Assembly: GCA_030390025.1 (NCBI GenBank) | Contig: CM059432.1 | Coordinates: 69,938,001 to 70,002,000 of the forward strand | Length of the DNA: 64,000 nucleotides | Direction of reading: 5' to 3' | From: Squalus acanthias | Taxonomy: Eukaryota | Part shown: positions 40,627 to 53,100 of the stretch, piece after piece | Layout: each line of letters begins with the position of its first letter | Numbering within the stretch: position 1 is the first letter of the stretch | Program-made: the position numbers and the translations under genes | Notes under the pieces: generated by a model | Database searches by the model: none | Told to the model about the DNA's origin: nothing | The model's input: the letters and a program-made list of their open reading frames with translations, nothing else

Positions 40627-41099
40627 CAGATCGCTGGATTATTAACTACGTGAATGTTTCACTATAGTAAACCTTTTAAGTAATGTACTATTCGGGATCA
40701 ACTAAACAAGGCATTGCAATGAAGTATAGACTATAGCAAGAGTGACGTGATACAATTGCAAATTGTATGAAGATAGTGACGCTTTGCTAAAGCAGTTTAA
40801 ACTAATATCAGGACAATCAGAATTCCCAGGGCATGGTTCCCAGCTCCTGCTTCCTATTGCTGCTGCTCTAAGTGATTGAATGCCTCTGCACACTGTGGGC
40901 AGAAATTCTGACAAGTTCAGGAATTCCCAGTCACAGAGTACTGCAATGTTCAGCAACAGAAAATAGGAGTTGGAAGTGATGGAACCTGACCTTGCAGCCC
41001 AACTCCACCATAGGTACATATTTACTATTACTTAGTAAATATTCAACGTTTGCTAGTACACATCATAGTTTGTAGAGACACTTTATACAGCATTGTTCT

Positions 41100-42950
41100 T
41101 GGAGAGTGCAAGATCTATAAAAACAGCTATAAACACTGCAGCCACTGCCAGTGGCTGTCAAGATTACCACTGCTTGGAAATTTTATGCTGTGGTGTGCCA
41201 TTTCAGGCTACCTCTGGAAACAGCAGTAACATTACACTTAATTGGCTATGCACAGATGCTCCAAGAAAGTCAGAGGTGCATTGTTTGCAAGCGCAAGGCA
41301 GTTCATTCACTTCCCCATGAACAATGGGCAGCAACATGATGGGACACTGCAGTTTTACAGAGCATAGAATTGCCCAAATTACCTGGGGTCATAGCTTGAA
41401 CCCACATTAACAGGAAAGGATTCCATTCGCTCAATGTCCAGCTTGTTTATAACCAGCAGCATCACATCATGCAAGTTTTCCTGGCAGTGCTGCCATACTG
41501 CCTTCATTTTAATTGTAACACTGTGCTACTACTCTTTCAACCAGAAAGGCAACTGGATCATGAAAGACCAAAGTAATCATCTAGAGTCATGGCTGAAAAC
41601 ACCTGTGCGCTTTCCTAGGACACTAACTGAGCGCCACTACAATAAGTTCCATTCCTCCACCAGATCCATAATAGAGCACACAATTAGAATTCTAAAAGTA
41701 TGCTTCAGGAGCCTGATTGGTCTGGAAGGCTCTGCAAATAGTAAGGTTCTAAAGATAGTGCTTTACAAAGAGTCCTCCTCATGGAGGTCTCAGAGGAGGA
41801 AAGCACCCAAAGGCAGCAGGGGATTCAGGCAGATGAGCACGAACAACATGAAGAAGGTACAGAGGATGTAAGACACATTCATGCCAATTTGTTACAGGAG
41901 ACTCTTTTGTGGTGACCACACCTGCCCACTACATGAATAGTCCTGTATCCATTTTCTGTTGCCTCTCAATATGAGCTTATTGGGATTCAGATGGCTTTCA
42001 TCTCATGGCAGCAAAGTCCTGAGATGTACCTGCTGCAGGCTGCACCTCTTGTGCTACTACAAGAGCAGCTTGGCCCTGCATTCTTTCATGTACAAGTATT
42101 TGTGGGTGCTGGCAGGACGGCACACGTGCTGCTGTCCTGGGAGAAAGCACCATAATGTGACTGCCTTCCTGCAATGCCACTAGTACGGGGACTGGCTCTG
42201 TATGGCCACTGATAGTGGGACTGTTAACAATTATATTGCTAAAGGCCTGTGTGATACTTTATATCCTAGACCCAATAGTTTGGAGTCCAGAAGAACCAGT
42301 CGTCTCAATCTTGCATCCCGGCATCTACAGCAGTGGTGTGAATATCCATGGAGCAAGCACAGACAGCTCTTGGGACTTCTATAGTGGGAAAGTCCACCGC
42401 AGAACTGCCTAAAGCTGCCATACGTTCTAGGTCTGCTGTGCTGTGAAGCCATCCATCATGGGGTGACAAATGCCGAGCATCACTTGCAGATTCTGAGAGA
42501 CCATCCTCAGTGCCTGCACATACTGGTGATGCGCTGCAAGCATCCTTCTTTTAAAAAAAAGGAATACATGAGATTTGGGTTCCAAGGCTCTTTGGCCGAC
42601 CTGTAAAGAACATCTGCTTCCTCAACTTCTACGCCCAGCTTCTCCTGCCCATTTGCGCATCAGCCTGTGCACTCTTTCTAGGTCTGCCTGCTGTCCCTTG
42701 TGAGCTGGATATATTTGGGCTGGCTACTTGGCATAAAGAGGTTGAATAATGGCGTGTGCAATGCAGTGTTGACAGGAAAAGAAGCAGGCGAGTCTGCCAG
42801 ATTTTCTTTGTCCGTCTTTGCTTCTTTTTGCTTCGTGAAATCCAGAGGAGGAGAATAGGAGAGGTTAGAATGGGTTGTAGAGGTGCATTTGCAACTTGAA
42901 GTAGAAGGAGTCACAGGAGGGTTTGTGATGTAGCTTGCTGACAAATAATG
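41100..42950. pseudogene. Old Harbinger remnant (transposase on +, probable Myb-gene remnant on -)
   Basis: WLKTPVRFPRTLTERHYNKFHSSTRSIIEHTIRILKVCFRSL matches the intact transposase segment WLMTPLRTP...RYNESHQATRNIVEHTIGVLKQRFRCL. Confidence 0.72.
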
Positions 42951-44195
42951 TCTGGTCCTAGAGAAAGGAAGGAAAGAAAGAAAGAACTTGGATTTATATA
43001 GCACCTTTCACAACCTCAGGACGTCCCAAACTCTTTACAGCCAATTAAGTACTTTTGAAGTATAGTCACTGTATGTATGGACACCCCATAAGTATGAATG
43101 AGAATACCCCCAAAAATACCTCTACACCAACCTCTGAAAGAAATCTGCACTTACCTGGTGCGAGGCCTCCTTCGAAAACTTGCGTTGTTTCGCTGCAGAG
43201 TTGTGCGCAGTGTAGTGGCCCTCGGATCCCACGGGTGCACCATGTGTGTAAGCATACCTGGGATCACGTGGGGCAGTGCGCCAATCAGGAAACAGAAATC
43301 TCTGATGCCTGACAGCAATCAAATTTTAAATTCACACATTACACCATTTATCTGACTCATGGGATAACAGTGGTAGTCCATAATAATCAAGTGAACATGG
43401 TCTATTTATCCCTGGTTAAGCTCAGCACCCACAATATGGAAATGCAGGGCTGGATTTTGCCAGCCGAGACGAGTTGGGGGCGGGACTGCTGCCTTCCGGG
43501 TTCTAGTCCCGCCCCCAGCGACGTCTGACGCACCCACGCTTTTTTCCCTCGATTGGCCTTGTTACCGGCCAATTAAGGGAAAGCCGGTGACAGATGACAT
43601 CAGCGTATGACGCTTCATCTGTTGAAAAATTTTTGACATATGAATTGTCAGTGTTTGACAGCTTTGAGAAGCTGTCAAACACTGAGGGGGAAAAATTCAG
43701 TTGGTTGCGCCTCCCGTTAGCGCCTTAAGAGGGCGCTAATGGGGCGCAAAGCAGCTAGCGCCTGGGCGCAGCGATGTTTGCGCCGCTCGCGAACTTAACT
43801 AGACATTTTGCGGCGGCGCTAAACTTTATTGCCGCGATCTCCTGCGCGCGCAGATTATGACGTCATACGAGAGTGCAACGCCCTTGTGGCGCCCTGGAGC
43901 AGAATTTCAGTGGCGCCCCCATCCTTACCGCCTGGCGCATCCAACGACCGGAAGAGTGGAACGCTAACAATCGCTGTGGGGCTGGGGGGGGCGCTATTTA
44001 AAGGGGGCCTCTTCCTGTCTTTCTCTGTGGTTGACATTTTTGCACCACTCGTTCTGAGAGAGAGAGAGAGATTCGGAGAGAGAGAAAGAGAGACTTCTGC
44101 ATTGAGTCAACGCTGTGTGAGGTAGTTTTGGCTACTCATCCTAACTTCGCTGGTACTTTGGTTTCTGGCCTTCATAACTTTGCTTGCTAAGAGAT

Positions 44196-45347
44196 ATGGG
44201 GGCTGCACTGATGGGGGGCGTCGTCCTGCGCCAGCTGAATCGGAGGAGACAGAGACGCAGAGAGAGAGTGTCAATGATGGCCAGACGGAGGAGGGCCAAC
44301 AGGCGTCTGTACAGGAGAGCTTACCCTCCCAGGGTATATCGTGAACAGCTCTCCTACATTCATATGTCTGATGAGCAGTGTCTGCGAAGGCTGCGCTTCA
44401 GCAAGGAGGTGGTCACTGAGCTCTGCCACCTGCTGCAGCCAGATCTGCAGCCTCAACTGAGGTCCAGGACGTCTCTGTCGGTGGCAGTGAAGATTACAGT
44501 GGCTCTGAACTTTTATGCTACTGGCTCATTTCAATCTGCAGTTGGGGACATCGCCAATATCTCCCAGTTCGCGGTGCATTGCTGCATCAGGAAGGTCACA
44601 AATGCCCTCTTTAAAAGGAGACGAGAGTTCATCTCTTTCCCCATGACCCCAGACAAGCAGCAAGAACGCGCTCTGGGCTTTGCGAGGATAGCGGGCTTCC
44701 CCATGGTGCAGGGCGCCATTGACTGCATGCATGTGGCTTTGCGTGCTCCGCATGAGAATGCCGAGGATTTCCGCAACAGAAAGGGGTTCCATTCCTTGAA
44801 TGTTCAGTTGGTCTGTGACCACAGACAGCTGATACTCGCTGTCAATGCCCACTATCCTGGCAGCTGCCACGATGCTTTCATCCTGCGCCAGACTACTGTG
44901 GCAGAACTTTTTGAGGCACCGCATCAGCCAGTTGGTTGGCTTCTCGGGGACAAGGGGTATCCACTGAGCACCTGGCTGATGACACCGCTCCGTACGCCCA
45001 ACACCCCTGCTGAGCTGCGGTACAATGAGAGCCATCAAGCTACCAGGAACATCGTGGAGCACACAATCGGCGTGCTCAAGCAACGGTTCCGCTGTCTCGA
45101 CCATTCTGGAGGAGCCCTGCAGTACTCGCCTGAGCGAGTTTCCAACATCGTAGTTGTGTGCTGCATGCTGCATAACATGGCAATCCTCAGGACCCAGCCA
45201 ATGCCACCAGGCCTTGGAGCACCACCAGAGGAGGAGGAGGAAGAGGAGGAGGAGGATGATCAGCAGCAGCACCAAGGCGTGAGGGCGGCCCACAATGGTG
45301 AAACTGCAAGGGCCGTCCGTCAGCGGCTGATAGCAAGCCGCTTCTAG
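44196..45347 (+). CDS. Harbinger DDE transposase (HARBI1-like family), 383 aa from the ATG at 44196
   Basis: Uninterrupted ORF with RLRFSK, LNFYATGSFQ, GAIDCMHV (D), NRKGFHSLNVQLVCD, PGSCHDAFIL, LLGDKGY (D), RNIVEHTIGVLKQRFRCL (E) and CCMLHN. Confidence 0.95.
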   Translation: MGAALMGGVVLRQLNRRRQRRRERVSMMARRRRANRRLYRRAYPPRVYREQLSYIHMSDEQCLRRLRFSKEVVTELCHLLQPDLQPQLRSRTSLSVAVKITVALNFYATGSFQSAVGDIANISQFAVHCCIRKVTNALFKRRREFISFPMTPDKQQERALGFARIAGFPMVQGAIDCMHVALRAPHENAEDFRNRKGFHSLNVQLVCDHRQLILAVNAHYPGSCHDAFILRQTTVAELFEAPHQPVGWLLGDKGYPLSTWLMTPLRTPNTPAELRYNESHQATRNIVEHTIGVLKQRFRCLDHSGGALQYSPERVSNIVVVCCMLHNMAILRTQPMPPGLGAPPEEEEEEEEEDDQQQHQGVRAAHNGETARAVRQRLIASRF

Positions 45348-45658
45348 GCCCCTGCTGTGGAAATGGCTTCTGCCGTTGAGAACAGCATGAATGAACCCAA
45401 CACGCAACCCCTAAGCCGGCCAAGGCACCAATGATTCCAAACACCAAACATGTATATTTTGAGTACCAAATCTTATTTATTTTACAAACTCTGTGTGTGT
45501 CATTTCTTCATGACAAACTCATACAAATAAACACAAAAAAACAGTCATTACCATAACTGGTTCTCACAACCTGGAGATCATGTGCAAAACACTCAACAAA
45601 AGTTTGACCACGAACCTCGGCCTTTAATAAAAAAATGACCAGCATTTTGTCACACCTC

Positions 45659-47502
45659 CTACATCGAGGGTGAACTCCTTCCCGTGCGCCCTTCCCCCCT
45701 TCTTACCCTACTGCTCCTCCGCAATGGGACCTCAGTGGCTGCAGCAAGGCTGGTGGAAGGCTGCTGACTGTCAGGCCCTGACAATGCAGATGCCCTTGAG
45801 GGACGGCCTCGACCAGTTCTGGGCCTGGAGGGCCCGGCTGCAGACTGCACCAACTCTGCATGGGCGGCAGCAGTCTGTCCTACAGGCGGTGGCAACTGCA
45901 GTGGAGAAGTGACAGTGGTGGCAGCAGGAATGCTGTCATCTTGAGCGAGGACAGCAACTCCCTGCTCGACCGGCACACTGGCACTCCCACGGGGCAGCAC
46001 CTCAGCATCCGGAGTAATCTGCTGGAGCACAGATTGCTGGCCTGCTGCGGCACGGTGAGAGCCCCGGGGAAATGTGAACGAACCAGCGAGGATGGCAGCA
46101 GACAGTGCTCGCGTGACCTCAATCTGACTCTGCATGAGAGCAGTCTGAGATTGAATTGCAGCACTGAGCTTCAGTGTCGCATCCGCCTGCGCTGCAGCGA
46201 AGTGCTCCACACTCCTTGCCAGTGCTTCAATGCATTCGGGCACCCTACCCACTGCAGCCATGAGCTCAGTGTGCATGCCCACCGCCTGGGTGTTCATTTC
46301 CGCGATCAGCCGCTCCTCCTCTGCGTCCAGTGCAGCAGGACTCGCTGGCATACTCTCCCTCCGGGGAGAAGGCCCCCGAGCTTCCCTACCCCCATCGCGT
46401 TGCTGCAGCCCGCTGGGTCCTGGAGCTTCACCCTCATCAGACCCTTCCCCCCTGCTCCCCTCCAGGGAAGGCGTGTTCCCAGTGTCGGCATGGGCTTCCT
46501 CGGGAGAGGGTGGCACTGATGCTCCGGCTTCCTCTTCCTCCTCGGCTGCAGCTTCACTCCCACTGGCAGCTTCAGGGCCCGTCTCCTCAGCTGGTGAATC
46601 ACCATCTGAAAGCAGGGAGGTACAAGAGTGGCTTTAGCGTGAGGACAGGGTGGCAGTAAGGGAGGAATAAGTGCAGCGAGTTAGTAAGTTGGATTGAAAG
46701 TGTCAAAGGCTGGTGTTGTGAGGGACAAGTGGAAGGACAGAGGACAAAAAGGTGATGACCTTACCATTGCTGTCCAGAACGGGGTCGGCGTCTCCAGTGG
46801 CGACGGGACCTATCACCCGGCTTGCCACAATCCTGTGGACGCGCTCCTCAAGATCGCTGAGGGGTTGCAGCTGAGGCCGCCCTCCACCCGTCCGTTGCTG
46901 CTGTCTCCTATTATGCGCCAGCTTGGCCTGCAGGAAAAAGGACGGCGTCTGAGTAAATATACAGCCATGGTCTTGCCTGATGTGCCTCCCATAGGTGAAT
47001 AGCCCTTACTGTATACAGCCATGGTCTTGCCTGATGTGCCTCCCATAGGTGAATAGTCCTTACTGTATACAGCCATGGTCTTGCCTGATGTGTCTCCCAT
47101 AGGTGAATGGCCCTTACTGTATGCAAAGTATGGAATGTGTGTGTGTGCTTCATGAAAGGGCCATAGGTGTTGGATGAGTGTTGTTAATTGTGGTTTAAAG
47201 ACCCTCTGGCCATAGAGTGAGGTTGAGATGGAGGGATGGAGAGGTATTGCAAAAAAGCCACTCACCCTGACGACCCGAGTGAGGTCGTTGAACTTTTTCC
47301 GGCATTGGACATGGGTCCTGGGCACCATGCTCCTGGAGGAGACGCGCTGAGCCACCTCCCTCCACACTCTTCTGTAGTCGCGCGGCAAAGGCCTCCTGCC
47401 ACTCTCTGGGTACAGTATTGGTCTTCGGCGCTCCACCGCGCCAACCAGAGCATCCAAGGCCCGCTCGGTGAAGCGCTCAGCTCGTTCTCTCACCCTCTCC
47501 AT
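45659..47502 (-). CDS. Harbinger Myb/SANT-like DNA-binding protein, 3 exons (47502-47266, 46927-46765, 46605-45659), about 448 aa
   Basis: Exon 1 RFTERALDALV...VWREVAQRVS...RTHVQCRKKFNDL ends at gtgagt. Exon 2 AKLAHNRRQQQRTGGG...LSDLEERV lies between ctgcag and gtaag. Exon 3 follows ctttcag and joins the 285-aa ORF in frame. No stops. Confidence 0.88.
46958..47122. repeat. 54-bp tandem repeat, about 3 copies, in intron 1 of the Myb-like gene
   Basis: The unit TATACAGCCATGGTCTTGCCTGATGTGCCTCCCATAGGTGAATAGCCCTTACTG starts at 46958, 47012 and 47066, with only a few substitutions. Confidence 0.95.
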
Positions 47503-48559
47503 CCTTGGCTGGAAAAAGGATTCACAGGTCTCTCCAGGCCGAGATTCAAGGCTGCAATGAGCAGGATGTGGCTGGGGAGCAAGATCGCCCCCCCCCTTTA
47601 AGAACTGGCCGGCGCCAGTGTGTCTGTGTTCCCTCGCTAACTGGCAGCACCTGCGCTGCGCTCGCGCTCTGAGTTAGCGCCTCACTCCTCGGCCTTTGCG
47701 CCTTAAGACAGGTGTGCAGCGCCTGATTTAGCGCTCCAATCACCTCCCGGGGCGTTATAAGTGAAGTTTCCAGTCAGTGGCGATAATTAGCGCCAGGCGC
47801 TAATTTTTGTGCCCGCACGATATTTGCGCCCCAAACGGGGCGCGACTGAATTTTTCCCCCTGACAATCTCTGTTCTAAGGTGAGCCCTTGCACAAAGGCT
47901 CACCAAAACCTCTCTCCTCATCAGAAAGCAGATGGCTGCTGAATCTGAGAATGCAGCAGCCATTCTGTCATCTCTGCCGTTGAGATGAGGCACCTCCGGA
48001 TCCTCAAAGGTTGAAGCCTGCAGAAAGAAGCAAAGGTAAGGAAACATTTTCCAACACTTTACACTCACCTCTCATACTCATCTGTCCACACTTGCACCCA
48101 TCACTCACCTCTACAGCTGACATATCGACTCCTCTCACCCCCGCAGACCCACTGCTCGCCTCACTGACCCTGGCAAGGTTCACAGCCATCGGGAAGCCCG
48201 CACTTGCAGGCGTAAAATGGGGAAAAGCCTCAAAACTGCCTGTTAACTACCTGTTAACAGGCAGTTAATTGGCTCTAATCCCCTTCCCGCCTCAAGGAGA
48301 TGGGTCCCTGCACGACTCGGGGACCCACCTCCCAGGAAGATGGCACGGAGGCGGGTTGGGCGGGGTTGGTACCCGCTCCCAGTTTCTGCCATTTTCCCAG
48401 CAGTCCCGCCTCCAAACCCCCCTCCTCAGGGCTGGTAAAATCCAGCCTGCAGTGATTTTTTTTTCACTCTTATGTGGTTTATCGTAAGTTTGGGATTACA
48501 TGCATTAAATCCCGAACTTACGATCTGTCAAGTTCTGACTGTATTGCCCTCATTGCTGG

Positions 48560-49680
48560 CACAGAGTTGGGCTAATTGCCAACCAACTGCCCAGCAATTA
48601 CACAGGAAAATGTTACGGTTGGTGCAAACAGGCGCAGGAGCCTGTTTGCACAGCATAAGGGGATGGATGATATAGATGAAGCATCAAAGCAGCAACTTGA
48701 GTGCTCAAAAAGGAACCTGTGTTTATTTTACCACATGCTTTGCTGAAATGGCATGTTTTACAGCACATCAGGGCAATGAGGTTCAGTAAATCTGAGAGTA
48801 CGCCATCATACCGACCGCAAAGCCTGCCCCTTTAACTCTATGCCCTATCCTCACTCTGATCTTTCTGTCTTTGGCCTCATATAATGTCCCAATCAGGCCA
48901 ATGCAAACTTAAAGAACAGTAGCCTGAATTCTCTCCTCCCTGCCACTCATTCCATTAGCATAGGTTAACATTTCCATTATGTACAGTTGGTATGTGAAGT
49001 ACCCTGGTAGTTGCCATGATGCATTTATAATGAAAAAAATCAACTGTACCAGCTTTTTGCCAAATTAAAGACAGGTCAGTGGATGGATTCTGTGAGATAA
49101 GGGTTACCCTCTCCAATCCTGGCTGATGATCCCAGTCAGGATTCCTTTCAGTAAAACTGAGGAGAAATACAAGGAGGCTCATGTGGCCACCAGAGGCATA
49201 ACAGAGCACATCTCTGGAATACTGAAAGCATGATTCTACTGTCTGGACAGATCTGGTGGTTCTCTGCAGCATGCTCCAACACAAGTATTGAGAATAGCCA
49301 TTGACTGCTTCACAATTATGCACTGAAGAGAGGAATCAGTTGAAGGAAGAGGAGAAACCATTGTGTTAAAGGGTGGGGGATGTAGAGAGTGATACTGATG
49401 ATGTAGAAAAGTGAGGAAGATCCACAGGCTTATCTTGTGCCTGGCCCAAGAAGTGTCAGAAGAGTTCTGATAAGGAACACATTCTCCTCAAAGTAAAAAA
49501 AAATCTGCATCTGAATAAAGATTCCAATATCTGCGATTGGCAGCACCTCCCCACAACATTGCAAACTGGGCAGTCCAATTTCTTGGAATTTCCCCGAAAC
49601 ACACCACTTTATTCAAGGGAATAAAATGAACGCATATCGCAAATTCAGGTACATACTCGCCACGATTTTTCACCCATTGA
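48560..49680 (+). pseudogene. Old Harbinger transposase remnant
   Basis: About 49085-49330 reads DKGYPLQSWLMIPVRIP...YKEAHVATRGITEH, with frameshifts. Confidence 0.65.
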
Positions 49681-49897
49681 AATTAATGTGTTGAGGGACT
49701 ATGGCTGACTGTTGATATACTTAAGAGCCAATGTGAAACCACATAAACTACCCAACAAACTACCTTGTAGGTCATAGAGTGTTTTATTTCTTCTTACACT
49801 TATCCTTGTGGTGTCTGATTATTTCATCTGATATGTGATTTATGCTTTGAATTGTTTGATAATCAATATAACATTTTATCAATTTGATTTTTTTCAG

Positions 49898-49944
49898 GTG
49901 GCTCACTCTGGATGCAGGGACTGTGGTACAGCTTTATTTAGGAG
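49898..49944 (+). CDS. Host gene exon completing PLAT domain 2
   Basis: Acceptor tttttttcag, phase-2 start giving (R)WLTLDAGTVVQLYLG, which supplies the W-L expected after FPCNR. The donor G|gtttga is weaker, and the frame stays open a little further to a TAA. Confidence 0.8.
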
Positions 49945-50119
49945 GTTTGAATATATTTAATTTACAGTCTGTCAATGTCAACACCTCTGAAGCAAGTAAA
50001 ATGTTCTGTTTAGTCATTCATTCCGCATTAAGTAAACTGCATTAAAAATTACATGTTCGTATTTCTGAAGCAATACATTCTATAAATATCCAGGAATTTA
50101 CATCAATTAATTTATTGCA

Positions 50120-53100
50120 AAATCATAGAATCGTAGGATGATACAGCACAGAAGGAAGCCATTCAGCCCATCTTGCCTGTGCCGGCATTTAGGTAGAGTT
50201 ATGCAATTAATCCCACTCCCCTGCTCGTTTCCAATAGCTCTGTAATTTTTTTTTCCTTCAAGTATTTATCCAATTCTCTTTTGAATGTTACTATTGAATC
50301 TGCTTCCACCACCCTTTCAGGCAGTGCAGTACAATTCACAACAACTCGCTCTGGAAAAAAAATGTGTTCTTGTGTCGCCTCTGGTTCTTTTGCCAATCAC
50401 TTCCTTCTGTGTCCTCTGGTTACCGACTCTTCTGCCACTGGAAACAGTTTTTCCTTATTTACTCTTCATGATATTGAACACCTCTATCAAATCTCCTCTT
50501 AACTTTCTCTGCTCTAAGGAGAACAATCAGTCTCTCCACGTAACTGAAGTCTGTCATCCCTGATACCATTCTAGTAAATCTCTTCTGCATCCTCACCAAA
50601 GCCTTGACATCCTTCCTAAAGTGTGGTGCCTAGAATTGAACACAATACTCCAGCTGAGGCCTAACCAGTGTTTTATAAAGATTTAGCATAACTTCCTTGC
50701 TTTTGTACTCTGTTTCTTTATTAATAAAGCCAAACATCCCATATGCTTTTTAATAGCCTTCTCAACTTGGCCTGCCACATTCAAAGCTTTGTGTACATAC
50801 ACCCCCAGATCTCTCTGTTCCTGCACCCCCTTTAAAATTGGACAACTTAGTTCATATTGCCTCTCCTCATTCTTCCTATCCTATCAAAATGTATCACTTC
50901 ACACTTCTCTGCGTTAAATTTCATCTGCCATGTGTCTGCCCATTTTAGCAGTCTGTCTACGTCCTCCTGAAGTCTGTTACTATCCTCTTCAGTGTTTACT
51001 CATTTCTGAGTTTCGTATCATCTGCAAACTTTGAAATTATGCCTTGTGTACCCAAGTCCAGGTCATTAATATATATCAAAAAGAGCAGTGGTCCTAATAC
51101 CACCCCCTGGGGAACAACTGTATACTTCCCTCCATTCTGAAAAACAACCATTCACCACTACTCTCTGCTTTCTGTCCCTTAGCCAATTTTTTTCTCTAAA
51201 AGTCTTCCCACCACCGATGTTAGGCTAACTGACCTGTAGATTTATGCCTCTCCCTGATTTTAAACAGGGGTGCAACATTTGCAATCCTCCAGTCCTCTGG
51301 CACCACCCCTATATCTAAGGAGGTTTGGAAGATTGTGGCCAAAGCGTCCGCAATTTCCACCCTTACTTCCCTCAGTACCCTAGGATACATCCCATCCAGA
51401 CCAGGTGACTTTTCTATTTTGAGGACTGCCAAACTTTTAAGTACCTTCTCTTTATCTATTTTTATTCTATCCAATATCGCTACTGCCTCCTCCTTTACTG
51501 ATACATTGGCAACATCCTCTTCTCTATTGGAGACAGATGCAAAGTACTCATTTAATATCTCAGCCTTGCCCTCTGCCTCCACAAGAAGATTTCCTTTTTG
51601 GTGCCTAATTGGCCCCACCCTTCCTTTGACTAACCTTTTACTATTTATGTGTTTATAAAAGACTTTTGGGTTCCATTTTATTAGCCGCTAATTTATTCTC
51701 ATACTCTCTCTTTGCCCCTCTTATTCCATTTTTTAGATCTTCTCTGTACTTTCTGTATTCAGCTTGGTTCTCTACTATACTATGAACCTGACAATAGTCA
51801 TAAGACACCATTTTCTGTCTCATTTAAACCTCAATATTTTTAGTCAGCCAGAGAGCTCTAGCTTTGGCTACCCTTCCATTCCCCCTCATAGGAACATGTC
51901 TACTCTATACCTAAACCATCTCCTCTTTGAAGTCTTCTCATTGTGTTTTGCCTCCCAATTTTTGATTCCAAACACCTGGGCCAGATCCCTTTTCAACTCA
52001 CTGAAGTTAGCCCTCCTCCAGTTAAGTAGTTTTATGCTTGATTGTACTTTGTCCTTTTCCATAACTATTATAAACCTGATGATATTATGATCGCTGTTCC
52101 CCAAATGCTCCCCCACTTAAACATGCTCCACCTTTCCCACTTCATTCCCCAGAATTAGATCCAGCACTGCTCCTTCCTCATTGGACTGGAAACATACTGA
52201 TCAAGAAAGTTCTATTGTACACATTTCAGGAATTCCTCCCCCCCTTTTGCCCTTTACACTGTTACTATCCCAGTCTATATTAGGATAACTGAAGTCCCCC
52301 ATTATCACTACTCTGTAGTTCGTGCATCTTTCTGTACTTTGCCTGTGAATCTCCTCCGCTATCTCCTTCCCACTATTTGGTGGCCTACAGTATACATCCA
52401 GTAGCGTAATAGTTCCTCTATTGTTCCTTAATTGATAATGGGGGATTTCAGTTATCCTAATATAGACTAGGAAAGTAACAGTGTAAAGGGCAAAGAGGGG
52501 GAGGAATTCCTCAAATGTGTACAAGAGCACTTTCTTGATCAGTTTGTTTTCAGCCCAATGAGGAAAGAAGCAGTGCTGGATCTAGTTCTGGGGAATGAAG
52601 TGGGGCAAGTGGAGCATATTTCAGTGGAAGAGCATTTGGGGAACAACGATCATAATATCATCAGGTTTAGAATAGTTATGGAAAAGGACAAGGTACAATC
52701 AAGTGTAAAAATACTAACCAAATGTTAACCAAATAGACTCTGTCTTTGGCCCTTCAACGACATCATCTCTCTCCAGTGCTATAATAGTTTATTTTATCAG
52801 TACTTCTGCCCCCCCCTCCTTTTTTTCCTTCCTTATCTTTCCTGAATACCATGTAGCCAGGAATATTAAGTTCCCAATCCTCCCCTCTTTGAGGCCGGTC
52901 TCTGGTATTACCACTATATTATAGTCCCATGTGGTGACCTGTGCCTGCAACTCACCAACCTTATTTACCATGCTCCTTGCATTTACGTACATGCACTCCA
53001 TCTTAGACTGCTTCGCATTTTCTCCCTGTCTGATTCCTCCTATTTCTGAACTGTTCTTTACTCCTCTCCCAGTCCTCTGTGCACCTTTTTTCTCCTCTCT

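Larger units (their letters stand above)
43686..47860 (+). mobile_element. Full-length, apparently autonomous PIF/Harbinger DNA transposon (4175 bp)
   Basis: Perfect 16-bp TIRs GGGGGAAAAATTCAGT (43686-43701; 47845-47860), 3-bp TSD TGA (43683-85; 47861-63), and two convergent open genes. Confidence 0.96.
43447..48448. mobile_element. Non-autonomous Harbinger-type MITE (about 0.8 kb) split by the autonomous Harbinger
   Basis: TIRs GGGCTGGATTTTGCCAGCC (43447) and GGCTGGTAAAATCCAGCCT (ends 48448), 2 mismatches; GCA on both sides (43444-46; 48449-51). Confidence 0.8.

Noticed and set aside
44184..45347. Domesticated host gene HARBI1
   Set aside because: It lies between TIRs with a TSD, has a partner Myb gene, and has decayed paralogues nearby, so it is a transposon ORF.
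44526..46637. Long antisense or alternative-frame ORFs (44526-45407, 45860-46519, 46230-46637)
   Set aside because: These are shadows of GC-rich transposon genes with no recognisable motifs.
46958..47122. CRISPR-like array
   Set aside because: Contiguous tandem units with no unique spacers, in a eukaryotic context.
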